From Camelus ferus (taxonomy: Eukaryota): a DNA stretch of 60,000 bases. Where the stretch lies: contig NC_045697.1 of NCBI RefSeq assembly GCF_009834535.1, positions 118,608,001 through 118,668,000 of the forward strand, read 5' to 3'. A program made the translations under genes and the position numbers. A model generated the notes under the pieces. The model searched no databases, was not told the origin of the DNA, and saw only the letters and a program-made list of their open reading frames with translations. Shown piece by piece: positions 34,991 to 47,066 of this stretch. How positions within the stretch are numbered: position 1 is the stretch's first letter; each line of letters opens with the position of its first letter.

Positions 34991-37900
34991 TACAAGAACA
35001 ACTTCCTCTGACTTTGATCTGTGTTTAAAAGCTCCATTGCCCAGAGAGAAATCTGAGACCATATTCTGTTACCACCTCATCCATCTGGAGCCCGGTAGAA
35101 CTCTGCCCTCTTATCCATCCTTACTTCTTCCCAGAAGTCATTGCCACCTCTGGATGCAGGTCACAGTGCCGCTGCTGTGAGCAAGCCCCAGCCTCAGCGC
35201 CGCGCAGAGCCTTCTAGGGGGGTTTCTCCTTCCCCTCCAAGGACTAGAGAGGCCAAGAGTGGTGTTGATGTCATTCTGGACCCTACTCCCCTTGCCTGCT
35301 CTAACTTCCTCTCGTGTGTGAGGTCTTCCGTTTTGATGCCCAAACCCTGAACAAAAGTTGAGCGTGTCTCTTGCCTGTTTTGTTCACGTGTGCATCTAGG
35401 ACTTACGTAGTATATTGCAGCATTTTCTTTACATCTGTCTGCACTACTTGACTATAGGTTTCTTGAGGTCTGAACTCCAGTGACTAGTCTGTATTTGAGA
35501 GTCCAGTTCATTCTTCAGAGTGGAGGTGCTTTTCCTTTGTCTGCCTAGCACAGAAGACAATGTGCTAACCCCAAGCCACACACCCCCACGGGTCTGTTAA
35601 GGAAGGCAGCACTGACAAGAGAGGTCACAGGCTCAGGGAGCCTTCAGGGTGCTTCCTGTGGGGTCGTTCTTTATCTCCTACTCAAGAAAACACTTTGTGA
35701 TGCAAATGAAAGGAACACTGTTGTAGGGAGAACCTTGACTCTTGAACTCTGGAACTTGCTTTTCAAGCAAATCTTGCACATACTTGAGTGTTTTGCTGAA
35801 AAGTAAAATTCTGAACACATTTCCAAACTGATCTTGACAAAGCACAATTTAGAGGTCCTGTCTCATTTAATGCAGTCACTTTGCATAGGACAGACATGGG
35901 ACAGAGACCGTCTTCTCTTAGCAAACTTAGGGACATCTTACTCTAGGGCCAGTCTTGACATAAAGTTCAGAGTCATAGCATGGTCATACTGCCCCATTCT
36001 CTATCATCAAAACTATTGATCAAAACAATATCAAGCCACTTCCAGGCTATCAGGGCTGCCAAGTAAAGTGCATGTCACGTTGCACAGTCCAGGGCCACAG
36101 GTCATGTGCACCACTCAAGGTACAGTTTACCGCATAGTTGTAAACAGAGGCTCTGTGGGCCCTTCTGGGGTGTTATGTGGAATGTCAACACCATGTTATC
36201 ATTGACTTACCAACATTGGATTCCAGATGGTTCTAAGTTCATTCATTACATTAGTGTTCTATGACTTTTTTGGTGACAGTATTATTTGAGAAGAATCAAG
36301 TTATTGACTGCAGTCTACTCGTGTGTTTCTGTGAACATATTAAAACATTTCACTTACATCCTAAATAGTTCTTTGTTTAAATGATTGCTATGGACTGACT
36401 TTTCACCAGTTCTATTGTTGTCAAATCTTAACAGCATGTCCTGGGATTAATTTAGAAAATCTCAAATCATTGATTTGTGGTTCTAGGAGACAGAATAGAG
36501 ATTTCTCCCACTAAAATGCTTGAATCACAGAAATTAGACCTCTTTAGTTCTCTGGTGATTATCAAGGCCACACAAATGTAGCATAAGGCATTTTAATTCT
36601 CATTTGAGATTGCGATTATTCAAGAGAGATTTAAAGTTCTACGATGTAGCCCCTGGATTAATGAGCCTTTCTGGGGTAGCAGACTCTTTCCTATAGTAAA
36701 ATCTGTCAGATTATCTCTGCTCAACTGCTTTACAGTGGGTTGATTTATTCAATTGTTTTGTCAACAAACAACTCCTTGAAAATAGGAACTGTGCATCTTA
36801 CTGTCTTTGCATCTCTGAGTCTGGCGGGAGATGAGGTAGGTCCAGTGGTTCCAGTGTTGGGTATATGTGAGAGCAGGCACGTGTGTTTTCGAGAAATGTT
36901 GTTAACAGAAATCACTTAATATTGAGTAAATTAGTGAATGTATCAGTCTTTCCAAGATGTGTAAGTAGTGATTTGTGTAAACAGTCTAATAGATATTGAT
37001 GATTATACTATCACAGTTATGCCACATGCACAATAAAAAATCAACAAAAAACAATTTATGGTAGCTTTTTTTTTTTTTTTTTTACATAAAGAGCCTTTTA
37101 TAAGTAACCATAAAAGACTTATTAAGTTGACTGAAAGCGAGTTTTAAATGTGGACTCTCTGCAGAGACAAGTCGTGGACGGGCACCAAACACAATTCTGA
37201 AGCCAATGTTTTCAGACATGTTTTTACAGGAACGGTGTTTTTAAGACCTCACATTGTAGTGCTATACACAATGAGCTGTTACTGCATTTTCCCACAGCAG
37301 TTAGGAATTGATTTCATGCTGTCAATTAAGAACACCCAGCCACGTGTCCAGTATAATAGCCATCAACCAGCTTATGACAAATATCAGAACTGTCTCCTAC
37401 CAGACATTTACTGTTAAGTGAGTGACTTGGACAAATCTGTTGCAGATTTGACTTGAAAAGGGAACAGATAATGCGGTCCAACAGATGGAAGGTTTACAAT
37501 AGAAACAACTGCTTACCATCAGCTTGTCTTCTTGAACAAATCTCCTTTCCTAGGCATTAAAACACTTTTTTCAAGACCATGCACAAAGTTTGGAAGAGTT
37601 CTTTTGTCAACACACACCTGCATGATCTCAGCAGCTACGTGGTGAAATTTTTACAATGCAGTTAGTAGAATTTCATTCAGAAGAGTCCAAAAGAATGCGA
37701 AAAAGAGGCAAAGGACATGTTCTGGGAGAATAATGGTAACTTTCCACATTAGTGCACAATAAATGTCCATTTTGTTATTGCTGTACAGACTATAATAAAA
37801 GGATTAGCTGAGATGTGGAAAAACAGACTATAGTCATGGAAGTGGTAAAACCAAGCCTGCATGAGAATTAAAGTCAACTTACTCTTTCCTTTCTAAATTA

Positions 37901-38891
37901 ACAGTTTATTTGAAATGAGTCTAGGAATACTTGTTAAATAGCATTTAGTGATTAACAGTTAGCAAGCATTTCATTATTTTGGGATGGGAGGGAAGGGGGC
38001 CAGAGTGCTGGTGGGGACAATAGTAACGTATTACTCTGTAAGTGGTGTTAATATCTGTAAAAAATGGGTCTTTGTCTGTGACTTTAGTGCTTGTAGCATA
38101 AATTAAGTTCCAAGGAAGATTTGTTGACATTCAAAGATAAAATTTGCTGACAAGATCTAGCTACTGTGGATAAAGTAGGAAGAAGGACATTTGAGTGTCA
38201 GTATTTATCACCCACGTAAACTGTTGGCCTCGGGGAGGCAGACAGGTAAGTGATTGGAAGTGGCTCCCGGGGGCATTGTGTTGAGAAAGATTCTGAGGAC
38301 TAACTGAGAAAGCATGCGGTGATAAACGTGTCATTGTGGGTGATGCTGGGGGTGAAGAGGGTGAGCGATGGCCCATATACCTAATATTTCTTATCGCTAG
38401 AGCATATATAGCTTAGAAATTAACTCAAAGACAAAGAAAATTCTATTATTTATGGAGCCCTGAATATATATTTAACATTTTATTCTACAAAACTCAAAGA
38501 AATTTAATGACGTGGGTAGTGAAGGTTTGGTTTCTTTCCCCTCTGAGTCACAGTTAGCGCTTTCTCTGACGGATGATGAATTTCACCATGTTTTGATGTT
38601 TACGGCATCAATAAAGTAAAATGAAAATTAAGTGAAAAGATTATAGTAAGAAAGCCCCAGTCCTCCTCCTGCCAGAGCACTTAAACTAACACTTGAAACC
38701 AACCAAGAGTCTGAAGTCTCCCATAAACTGCTTGGATAGTGGGCACTGGTGTGTTTTTGAACTGGAGTTTGTAAGACCAAAACACATAAGCAATGATCGT
38801 GAAGGCTGGCTCTAATCTAAATAAGTAAAAATTGTTGGAAAGGAGATCATAATTGTTGCTTGAGAATGTTAAGTTATAGAAAACACATTCA

Positions 38892-39072
38892 GGGGGGTGG
38901 GTGTGGCTCTGTGGTAGAGCTGGGTTCAAGCCCCAGCACCTCCATTAAATAAATAGATAAAACCTAATTACCTCCCTCCACCCCTCAAAAAAAGTATACG
39001 GTGCCGTATGTCAATTGCATCTTAATAAAACTGGAAGAAAAAATTGTAAAAAAACAAAACAAAACAAAAAAC
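38892..39072 (+). mobile_element. Internally deleted vic-1 SINE abutting a very short L1 3' terminus
   Basis: gggggtgggtgtggctctgtggtagagc^tgggttcaagccccagcacctcca (anticodon arm missing), followed by gtatgtcaattgcatcttaataaaactggaagaaaaa. Confidence 0.75.
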
Positions 39073-40779
39073 ACCACACTCACTGGATCGTTGGTGGTGT
39101 TAAGTCTAATTTTTCGCTTCTCGTGTCTAGACAAGTCTTCCAGAATTAATGTTTTTGTAAGTATAAGGATGCTCAAAGCTTTTGGTTAACACCGAGAGCG
39201 CCATTAGAAAGATCACTGACAATCTGGTGACATAATTGGGCAATTTAACGATTTTGCCACTAGTGAAATGTACCTGCGTGAAGGAAAAACATGAATATTA
39301 GGGTCAGGGTTAGGACCGCAGGCTAACTCACGTATAAATAATAGATGCCTCCACAATTAGCCACGTGAAAAACAATGGTCTCACTCCACCAAGACTTCTT
39401 AAAGGTTTTATTTTCCTTAAGTTGCTATTTAAAAGGAGCTGACCCTTATCTAACAGATGGTGTTCAAAGGAAGAATGAGTCATGTCAAAAAATGTTGTCG
39501 ATTTTGCTTTTATGAGATTTGGCAGAGGCCTTTCTCTTTTCCTTATATTTTATGAGACCTCAAAATAGCTTTTGGAATCGCCCCTCACAGAGTGAAGGCT
39601 ACACTACCAGCTTGTGCTGGAAAGACACTTGCAGGCCTCAGAGGGCTCCCACCTCCGCCTGCAGGCCTGCAGCCCCTCCGGGCTCACTGGGGATGAAGCC
39701 GCGGTGTCAGGCCCACCCTGTTTCACAACAAGAATGTTAAGACGTGGCTGACTGACAGCTTTGCCACGGACGCAGGGCTGCTCTGAGCCAAGCTGGCAAC
39801 TGAAACCCAAACTTGCCTGATCCGTGGGTTTAATGTTCTGACCTTGTTAGGTTGAGGGCTGTGGGCCATCCGAGGAGGGCCAGGAGTGACCTCTCCCGGG
39901 ACAGAAGCCCTTCCTCCACCGCAGAGTGACACACGTGTGGGGGGATGTGCTCCAGGGACGGCAGGGATGGCCCTCAGGAAGGACGGCCGGGTGATGCTGC
40001 CGTGTCTTCTGAGCTGTCCCCTCGGCCCCTCTGGTCCTTTCCCTCCATCACCCGGATGACGTCGGCCTTTCAGCTTAGTTTCCACCTTAGTCCTGAGGAA
40101 CCCATGCATCTCTCTTCAGCTCACATTCCCCTGTTCCATAAATTTAGACCTAGACGTACACTTACTGAATGGAAGCCTTGGCTGGAATGGACCCCCTGAG
40201 AGCCAGACTCCAAATCCCCAAATGGAACTTACTGCCTTGTTCCTGAGCCTGATCCTGTCGGCATGTCCATGCTGGGGCCGATGCGGTACCTCCTCACTCC
40301 TTCCCCTGTCAGCCCTCCTCTGCAGGGCTCCTCCCCCCACCACTGACTGGATTTTCCAAACACCCCTTACATCCTACTGTCCTTTCCAGTCCTACTGTCC
40401 TTATTTGGGTCTCAGAAATTGTCACCTGCATTAAGGTCGACACTTTCCTATCGCTCCTCTTTCAATCTGGCTTCTCTCCAATCCAGTTTCCACACTGCAT
40501 TTGGCCTTCAAGTCTTCCCAAAACATTTCTGATAAAAATCTCAGTCCTTAACGGGGCCTGGAGAGCCTGCCTGGTCCAGCTGGTGCTAACTGACACAGCT
40601 TCAGGCCTTATCACCTTCCGTTTCTTCATCTAAGGTCCTTCAGCATTGATTGGTGTAAGTCTGATTTCACAACCTACACCACCACCACCCCAAGTCTACA
40701 CCAGCTTCTATGATAGCTCCGTCCTCTTGTTCACAACATCAGCAGATCATTGATGGATGGGTTCTTTCTTCTGCCATTC

Positions 40780-41150
40780 GGTGCAGTTCACAGCCTGATG
40801 CCCCTCCTGCCCGCTGGGAGGTTATACACCCTTGCCCTGTGGACTTGGCCACGTGATTTGCTTTGCCCAGTGACGTGTGAGCAGAAGTGGCATGTGTCAC
40901 TCTTGGGCAATAGCTCTGAGAGCCAGGATGTGCTCGCACGTGACATCTGCCTTCTGCCGCAAGACCAGCAACGTCCCCAGTGAAGAGTGAGGATCACCTT
41001 GTGTCCCAGAGAAAAGAAAAGAAGACACAGGGCACAGCAGAGCTGTAGCCAACCCATGATGGACACCCAGGTGCAAGGGAAGGGGGACTTTGTTGTTACA
41101 CTCCCACTGAGACTGGAGGACCTTTCTTGTGATCCTGGCGTGACTTGGCT
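40780..41150 (+). mobile_element. MaLR MLT1 (I/J-like) LTR
   Basis: cttggccacgtgatttgctttgcccagtgacgtgtgagcagaagtggcatgtgtcactcttgggc...agccaacccatgatggaca...ctttgttgttacactcccactgaga. Confidence 0.75.
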
Positions 41151-42016
41151 CCAGAAGACTCTTGGAAGATCTTGCTCTTGGCTCAGCGAACCCCTATTCA
41201 TTGTCTCATCTGCAGTTCCATTCTCTTCATAATCTCCTTCCAGTTCCTTGGCTGGATGCAGCTCCTGCCTTCCTGCATCACCCCGTGCTTCCCGTAACAC
41301 TCCCCACACTGCCCCGCAGTGACTGGCTGCTGTTTGTGCCCCACCAGATGGTCACCTCTGTGGGCACCACCTCCTTCCTCTGCTTCACCTGTCACTTCTG
41401 TCTCTGAGGACCAAATGCACACATGTTACACAACAGCTATGCCGTGTGAATGAATGACAAAGGCACAAATGAAGAAAAGTAGTCGAGAGTAAACCGGCTC
41501 TCACATCCAAATATTGTGGGAGGTTTTCAGCTTCAGAGCTTCCCAAGTGACAGTGACACTGGGAGGTTTCTTGTGGTGGCGACAGATGGAACTCTAAATG
41601 GAAAGTGGGTCATGGTTGACCCCTGCCATGTACTGGTCTCACTTTGTGTTCTCACTCATGTGCAAACTACAACCTCTGAGAAAAGTCAGAGTCATAAATT
41701 ACTGGCTCGGTTCCACTCTCGTCCTATGAGTCTCTTGAATGTATCCAGTGTCCTCGGTGCAGTCATGACTGCCCTCAGCACAGCAGCCCTGACGGGCAGC
41801 TTACCCTCCCATCGCAAGTGAGGGGGTCGTCCAACCCCAGGCCAGCGACTCGCACAAGTTTCACAAGGGGGCTTGGCAAATCCATCCTCCTTGATTTCGG
41901 CGATGTACACACTTCCCTCTTTATCACGTGTGTTTCATCAAAGATGTGTGGCAGTGTAATTTTAGTCTAGAAATGTGCTATTTTAGTTTTACATTTAAAA
42001 TCACTGCATGGTTTTA

Positions 42017-42233
42017 TTTTTTAATTGAGTTATAGTCAGTTTACAATGTTGTGTCAAATTCCAGTGTACAGCACAATTTTTCAGTTATGCATGAACATAC
42101 ATATATTCTTTGTCACTTTTTTTTTAGACTGGGAGTTCAAGATTTGTAGATACTGACAGGTTTATGCAGAATAGATAAACAAGATTATACTGTATAGCAC
42201 AGGGAAATGTATTACAAGATCTTGTGGTATAGC
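42017..42233 (-). mobile_element. 5'-inverted (twin-primed) truncated L1 with a 16-bp TSD
   Basis: 42017-42126 is an antisense L1 3' end; 42127-42233 is a sense L1 3' UTR piece; TSD tcactgcatggtttta at 42001-42016 and 42234-42249. Confidence 0.9.
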
Positions 42234-42999
42234 TCACTGCATGGTTTTAGGTCCAAGTTTGTATTCTATGTTGCTGACTAGGTTAGTGACATCCATGCAG
42301 TAGGTTCTCAATAAATATGAATTTCCAACCTATACCCTTTTCATCCTGTTACTTATATTTTTCCTTCTCTAACAAAGAATAATTTATATATGTTCACATT
42401 CATTTTCTAACATCTCACTCACATTTTAGCCCATTACTCTTTTTCTTTACCTTCAACCCTCCCTTCAAAGTGACATACCCACCCAGACACACTGAGACAG
42501 ACAGACAGACACACATGCACACACACAAGGAGCCAGGTCAAAAATGTTAGCCTGAGGCCATGATGATCCTACGACAAATTTCTACTAAGAAGAATTTTCT
42601 AGAACCTCTCTGCTGAAGCCCTTCAGATGGTCGATTTGCTTGATTTGATTCAGATTCTTGCAAATGATGTCTCGGGCTACCTCTCTGTCCCACCCCTCGT
42701 GGCCCATGGGCGAGAGGTACCCTAGCCTGTGACTGACCCCGGCTCCCGGATAATGCACCCGATCCTGGCCCAGCACTTCAGACCCCGATTTCTTAGTTAG
42801 GAAGGGACATTGGAGAATCGTGCTCCGTGGTTCTCCTCCAGCAAACTTGAGGGCCTCTCAAGACCTGCTGGGAACTCTCCTTGACTCTGGGGAGTCTCTG
42901 ACAACTTAGCTTGAATGTTACAATCTGGAAAACAGGCATTTCTGAAGGAAAGTCTTAAAGTCTTAGAACTAGAGCAGATCCCATGCCACACAGACTAAT

Positions 43000-43115
43000 A
43001 CCTCACCTTACAGATGAAGACCCTGGAAGCCAAGGCATGTTGAGGGGTTTAATAGCGCTAATTAGTGAAAGGGATAGACGTAGAACCTAGGTCTCCTAGA
43101 TTTTGTATTGCATTC
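43000..43115 (-). mobile_element. MIR fragment
   Basis: cctcaccttacagatgaagaccctggaagcc...agaacctaggtctcctaga. Confidence 0.55.
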
Positions 43116-44739
43116 TCTCTTATTGACACCATCTCATCTTTCCTTCCCTCCCTCCCTCCCTTCCATCTTTCCTTCCCTCCTCCTTTCTTTTCTATTAACA
43201 GTGACTATTTCTCAAATAGTCTCTGGACCTCACTGGACTGACTCACTGTTGTTGACATTTTAAGTGGAGCCTGGCAGTGGACCTGTCGCAGGGCCCAGCA
43301 TTCTGGACACAGGGTCACTAATGGACAGTAAATTAAATAAACTGGTATCTCGGATGGACAAGTTGGAAGGTTACATAGGGACCAGAGCAGCAGTTAAAAA
43401 TAACTCAAGGTTTTCAGCCTGCTAAAAGGCTGCCAGTATGTGTGTGGCTGGGATAATGCAGCAAGAAGGTTTTTTTAGGAAAGAGGAGAGAGAAGAGGGT
43501 ACACTGGGGTTGAAACTTTGAATTTGGGAAGGCAGTAATTCATCCAAGTGGAAATATGCAGCAGGCCGTGGAGAGGGGAAAAAAAAAAGATGAAGAAGAG
43601 GAAGATATGTCAAGGTCGGTAAAAGTTGTGGAGTGGGAGAGGGTCACTCTTATTTGAAGAAGTCGGACTTTGACCTTTTCAGGAAGATGCTCAGAGTCTG
43701 AACTGGGCAAAGTGCCCTGAGTGTGAGGACACCCACTGCTCCAGCCGTGAGAATGTGCAGCGTGGGGACCCTTTGTCCCCATCAGCTTCCTGGCCAGTCC
43801 TCAGATTCTCATTGCCCCTGAGACACCCCCCCCACCCATCTCATCAGCTAAAAGTTCTCTTTATTTTTGTTTTTTAGAGTAAATTTTTTTCCTTAGGGTA
43901 AGACTAATAATAATCTGAGTTTGGTATTAACTAGTTCTCCATTTCCTTCTGTGCTACTTAATACTCTGGTTTTTCTCTGTAAGTTCTGAGGTGGATTACA
44001 AATAGTGAATATGAATGATTTATCTGTTCAACTCATTATTATTTTAATAATATGAGTTTTGACCCCCTTCACCTCCTTCTCCCACCCCCAACTAGGTGTG
44101 CCCATCTAGTATTTGAAAATTATTACTTCATCTACTCATTAGATTTCTTGACATATTTTAGCTGACCTCATTCATTTGTCCATCAGAAACCATATTTTGT
44201 CACATGTAGTGTTAGAGGCAATATGATTAAATCTAGAACAGCTTTACTTTTCTCCCTTTGCCATGACTGCAGAGAAACCAGCCATATTGTGTGGGGGATG
44301 GTGGGCAAACTTCATGGTTGTCAACAAATTTATAAACCGTTGCCTTTAGCAATTCCATAAAAAGGCTGGTTGATTGTTTTTATGTTTCAAATGTATTTTG
44401 ATTTAATTTGAAGTAAGGAAATGCTAAAGTCCAAAGAATATAAAAATGAAAGTCATCAAATTGTAGAATCGAAAATAAAGCAAACAGTAAAAGGGAGCAT
44501 TAATTCTTTTAGTTAGTTTCTTGATGGGAATGGTCAACCTATGTGGACATATACACAGAGTAGATTTCATGTCTTCATGGCACCCCTAGTCTGTCTGATG
44601 GTCTCACTGTTCCATCCTCAGCACATGTCAAGTACTCAGTAAGTATTGGGGAGTAAGCCAATAAATGAAGGGATGGATGGTAGCTTTAGAAAGTATCTTG
44701 ATTATATGACTTGTATGTATGTAAATAGTTTCTGTTAAA

Positions 44740-44938
44740 AATTTCTTTAATTTATTTTTTATTGAAGTATAGTCAGTTTACCATGTTGTGTCAATTTCTG
44801 GTGTACAGCATCGTGTTTGAGTCATCCATATACATACATAGATTCATTTTCGTATTTTTGTTCATTATAGGTTGCCACAAGGTATTGAATATAGTTTCCT
44901 GAGCTATACAGTGTAAACTTATTATTTATCTATTTTAT
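44740..44938 (-). mobile_element. Truncated L1 3' end with TSD
   Basis: ttttttattgaagtatagtcagtttaccatgttgtgtcaatttctggtgtacagc...; TSD tagtttctgt at 44726 and 44939. Confidence 0.88.
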
Positions 44939-46757
44939 TAGTTTCTGTAATTTCAACTTACTACACAAAAATTCCAGGGTTGGAGTAAGTAGTCATCTTT
45001 TTATCTCTACAAAATTATGAAATTTGTTTACCAAACAGACTAACATTAAGAATCTCTGCATCTAGCGTGGAATGCTAACCTTTTAGCTGGACACTTTTTG
45101 GCAATAGGTTAGTGTGTGTGTGTGAGATATACACACACATACACATTAACTAGTTAATTACTAATCTATTATATATATTATGTGAATATATTTGTATATA
45201 CACACACCAATTATAAATATATTTGCAGCCAAAGAAACTTGCTTAAGAATCTTGTAAGCTCATACTAAGACTAGCCATGCTTTTTTTTTTTCTGATAGCC
45301 TAGAATAAGTCTAATTTTTATAATAGCAAATTATTTTTGTACATGACAATTACCATCTAATGACTCAGGACACTATATGTATAGGAACATGTGACTTTGA
45401 AGACTTTTGAGACTGAACACATTTCTTTAGCTCCTTTAAAAGGGTTTTTTTCCCCTGAGAACTGAATATTTTTAAAATTGTGCTATTATTTGACCAAACT
45501 AAGTCAAGGGGATACAATGAGGGGAAAAAGGAAAACGTGCCATTTCATGTGGTTGTAAACTGGTGAACGAGCTATGGTTTTACACTATCTTAAGAAATGC
45601 AGAAACTTGCATTTTTCAAGGTATGTTCCATCATGACAAAATTTCCACAAAACCACATGTCATAAGAGGGGAAGTGTTCTCTCTAGCCTCCAGAGGAACT
45701 ATCAGAATGTCAAAAGGATGAACGCCCTGACATCGCAGGTGCAGAGCTAATGAAACAACAGGGGCTAGTTCTCAGGACTCCTCCGAAGGGAATGCTCATT
45801 ATACGCACCGTATGTTCTTCTTTTATACTGTGTGGGCTCTTAGCATCTTCCAGCCATGCGGGTGAGGATTCTCCTGTTTGACGTGAATGTAATTTTAACA
45901 GCATCGTTAAATGCTGCACTCAGGTCATGATGTTAAGTGTAGAAAGGCATTATTTAAATATGTTTCTCCTGGTTTCCCCAACAGCAACAGAAAGTGGATA
46001 TTTTTGTTACTAACAGGATTGTCTCTCTCCCAGACACACTGGGTCTTCAGAGTATAGGGATAACGTAAAAAATAAAATGACCCCAAAATAAAATAGCTTT
46101 GGAGAATGCTCTTTTATAACTGTTGGAAGTTACAGAATTGGGCAATAAAATACTTCAATTTCAAGTTCAGAGGAGTCTTTCAAAAGATTTTTGAGGGTTA
46201 CACTTTTCCCTACATGTTGTCTCCAATACCCTTCCAAGTCTTCCCCCTTCGGACATTTATTCTATCGTACAGCGCACTGGGAGAGGCGAGGCTGACCAAA
46301 GAACCTTTCTAGGGTCTGGTTTTCATTTTTATGTACTATATTAAACAAAAATGCCACTTACATCAGTTGCATTCAAGAATATTCATGACTGAAATAAAGG
46401 TCACGTGTTTTGCTCTTATGATCCTATCTGAATTGGAAAAAAATAATTTTCTATGGGAAAGAAGGGGAAACTACAGTTTTAGAAAAATACCGAATACCCT
46501 GGAGGATCTCTTAAAGTCAATTAACTATAAAAACAGAAAGGAAGGAAAGCCTTTAAATACTGGTCCCTATGTCTACTCAACCTCAAGTAAGAATGTTAGG
46601 TCCCGCACTGGATACACTGAACGATGGAAAGGATTCCACTGTTCTGCCAGTCAGCACAGAGCACTCAAAATGGTTGGATGTTAAGCCCTTACACAGTTCA
46701 TTTTTAGGTCCTTTGAGCTTTCCTTAGCCTTCATCAATAATACTAGACCATTGAATA

Positions 46758-47066
46758 CAGTCCCTCGGTAAGCATGGGGGATTGATTCCAGGACCTCCTG
46801 AGATACCAAATCCTTGGATGCTCAAGTCCCTCATATGAAGTGATGTCATATCTGCATATAACCCACACACGCCCTCCTGTGTATTTCAACCATCTCTAGA
46901 TCACCTATAACACCAAACACAATGCAATGCTATGTAAGTAGCTGCCGAGTGCAAGGTCAATTCAAGTTTTGCTTGTTGGAACTTTCTGGAATTTGTTTTC
47001 AAATCTTTTCCATCCACAGCTGGTTGGATCTGTGGATGAGGAACCTGTGGTCAGGAGGTCTGACTG
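46758..47066 (+). mobile_element. MER2-type Tigger MITE
   Basis: ta|cagtccctcggtaagcatggggattgattccaggacc...ggatgctcaagtccct...ggtctgactg|ta, with TA TSDs. Confidence 0.85.
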
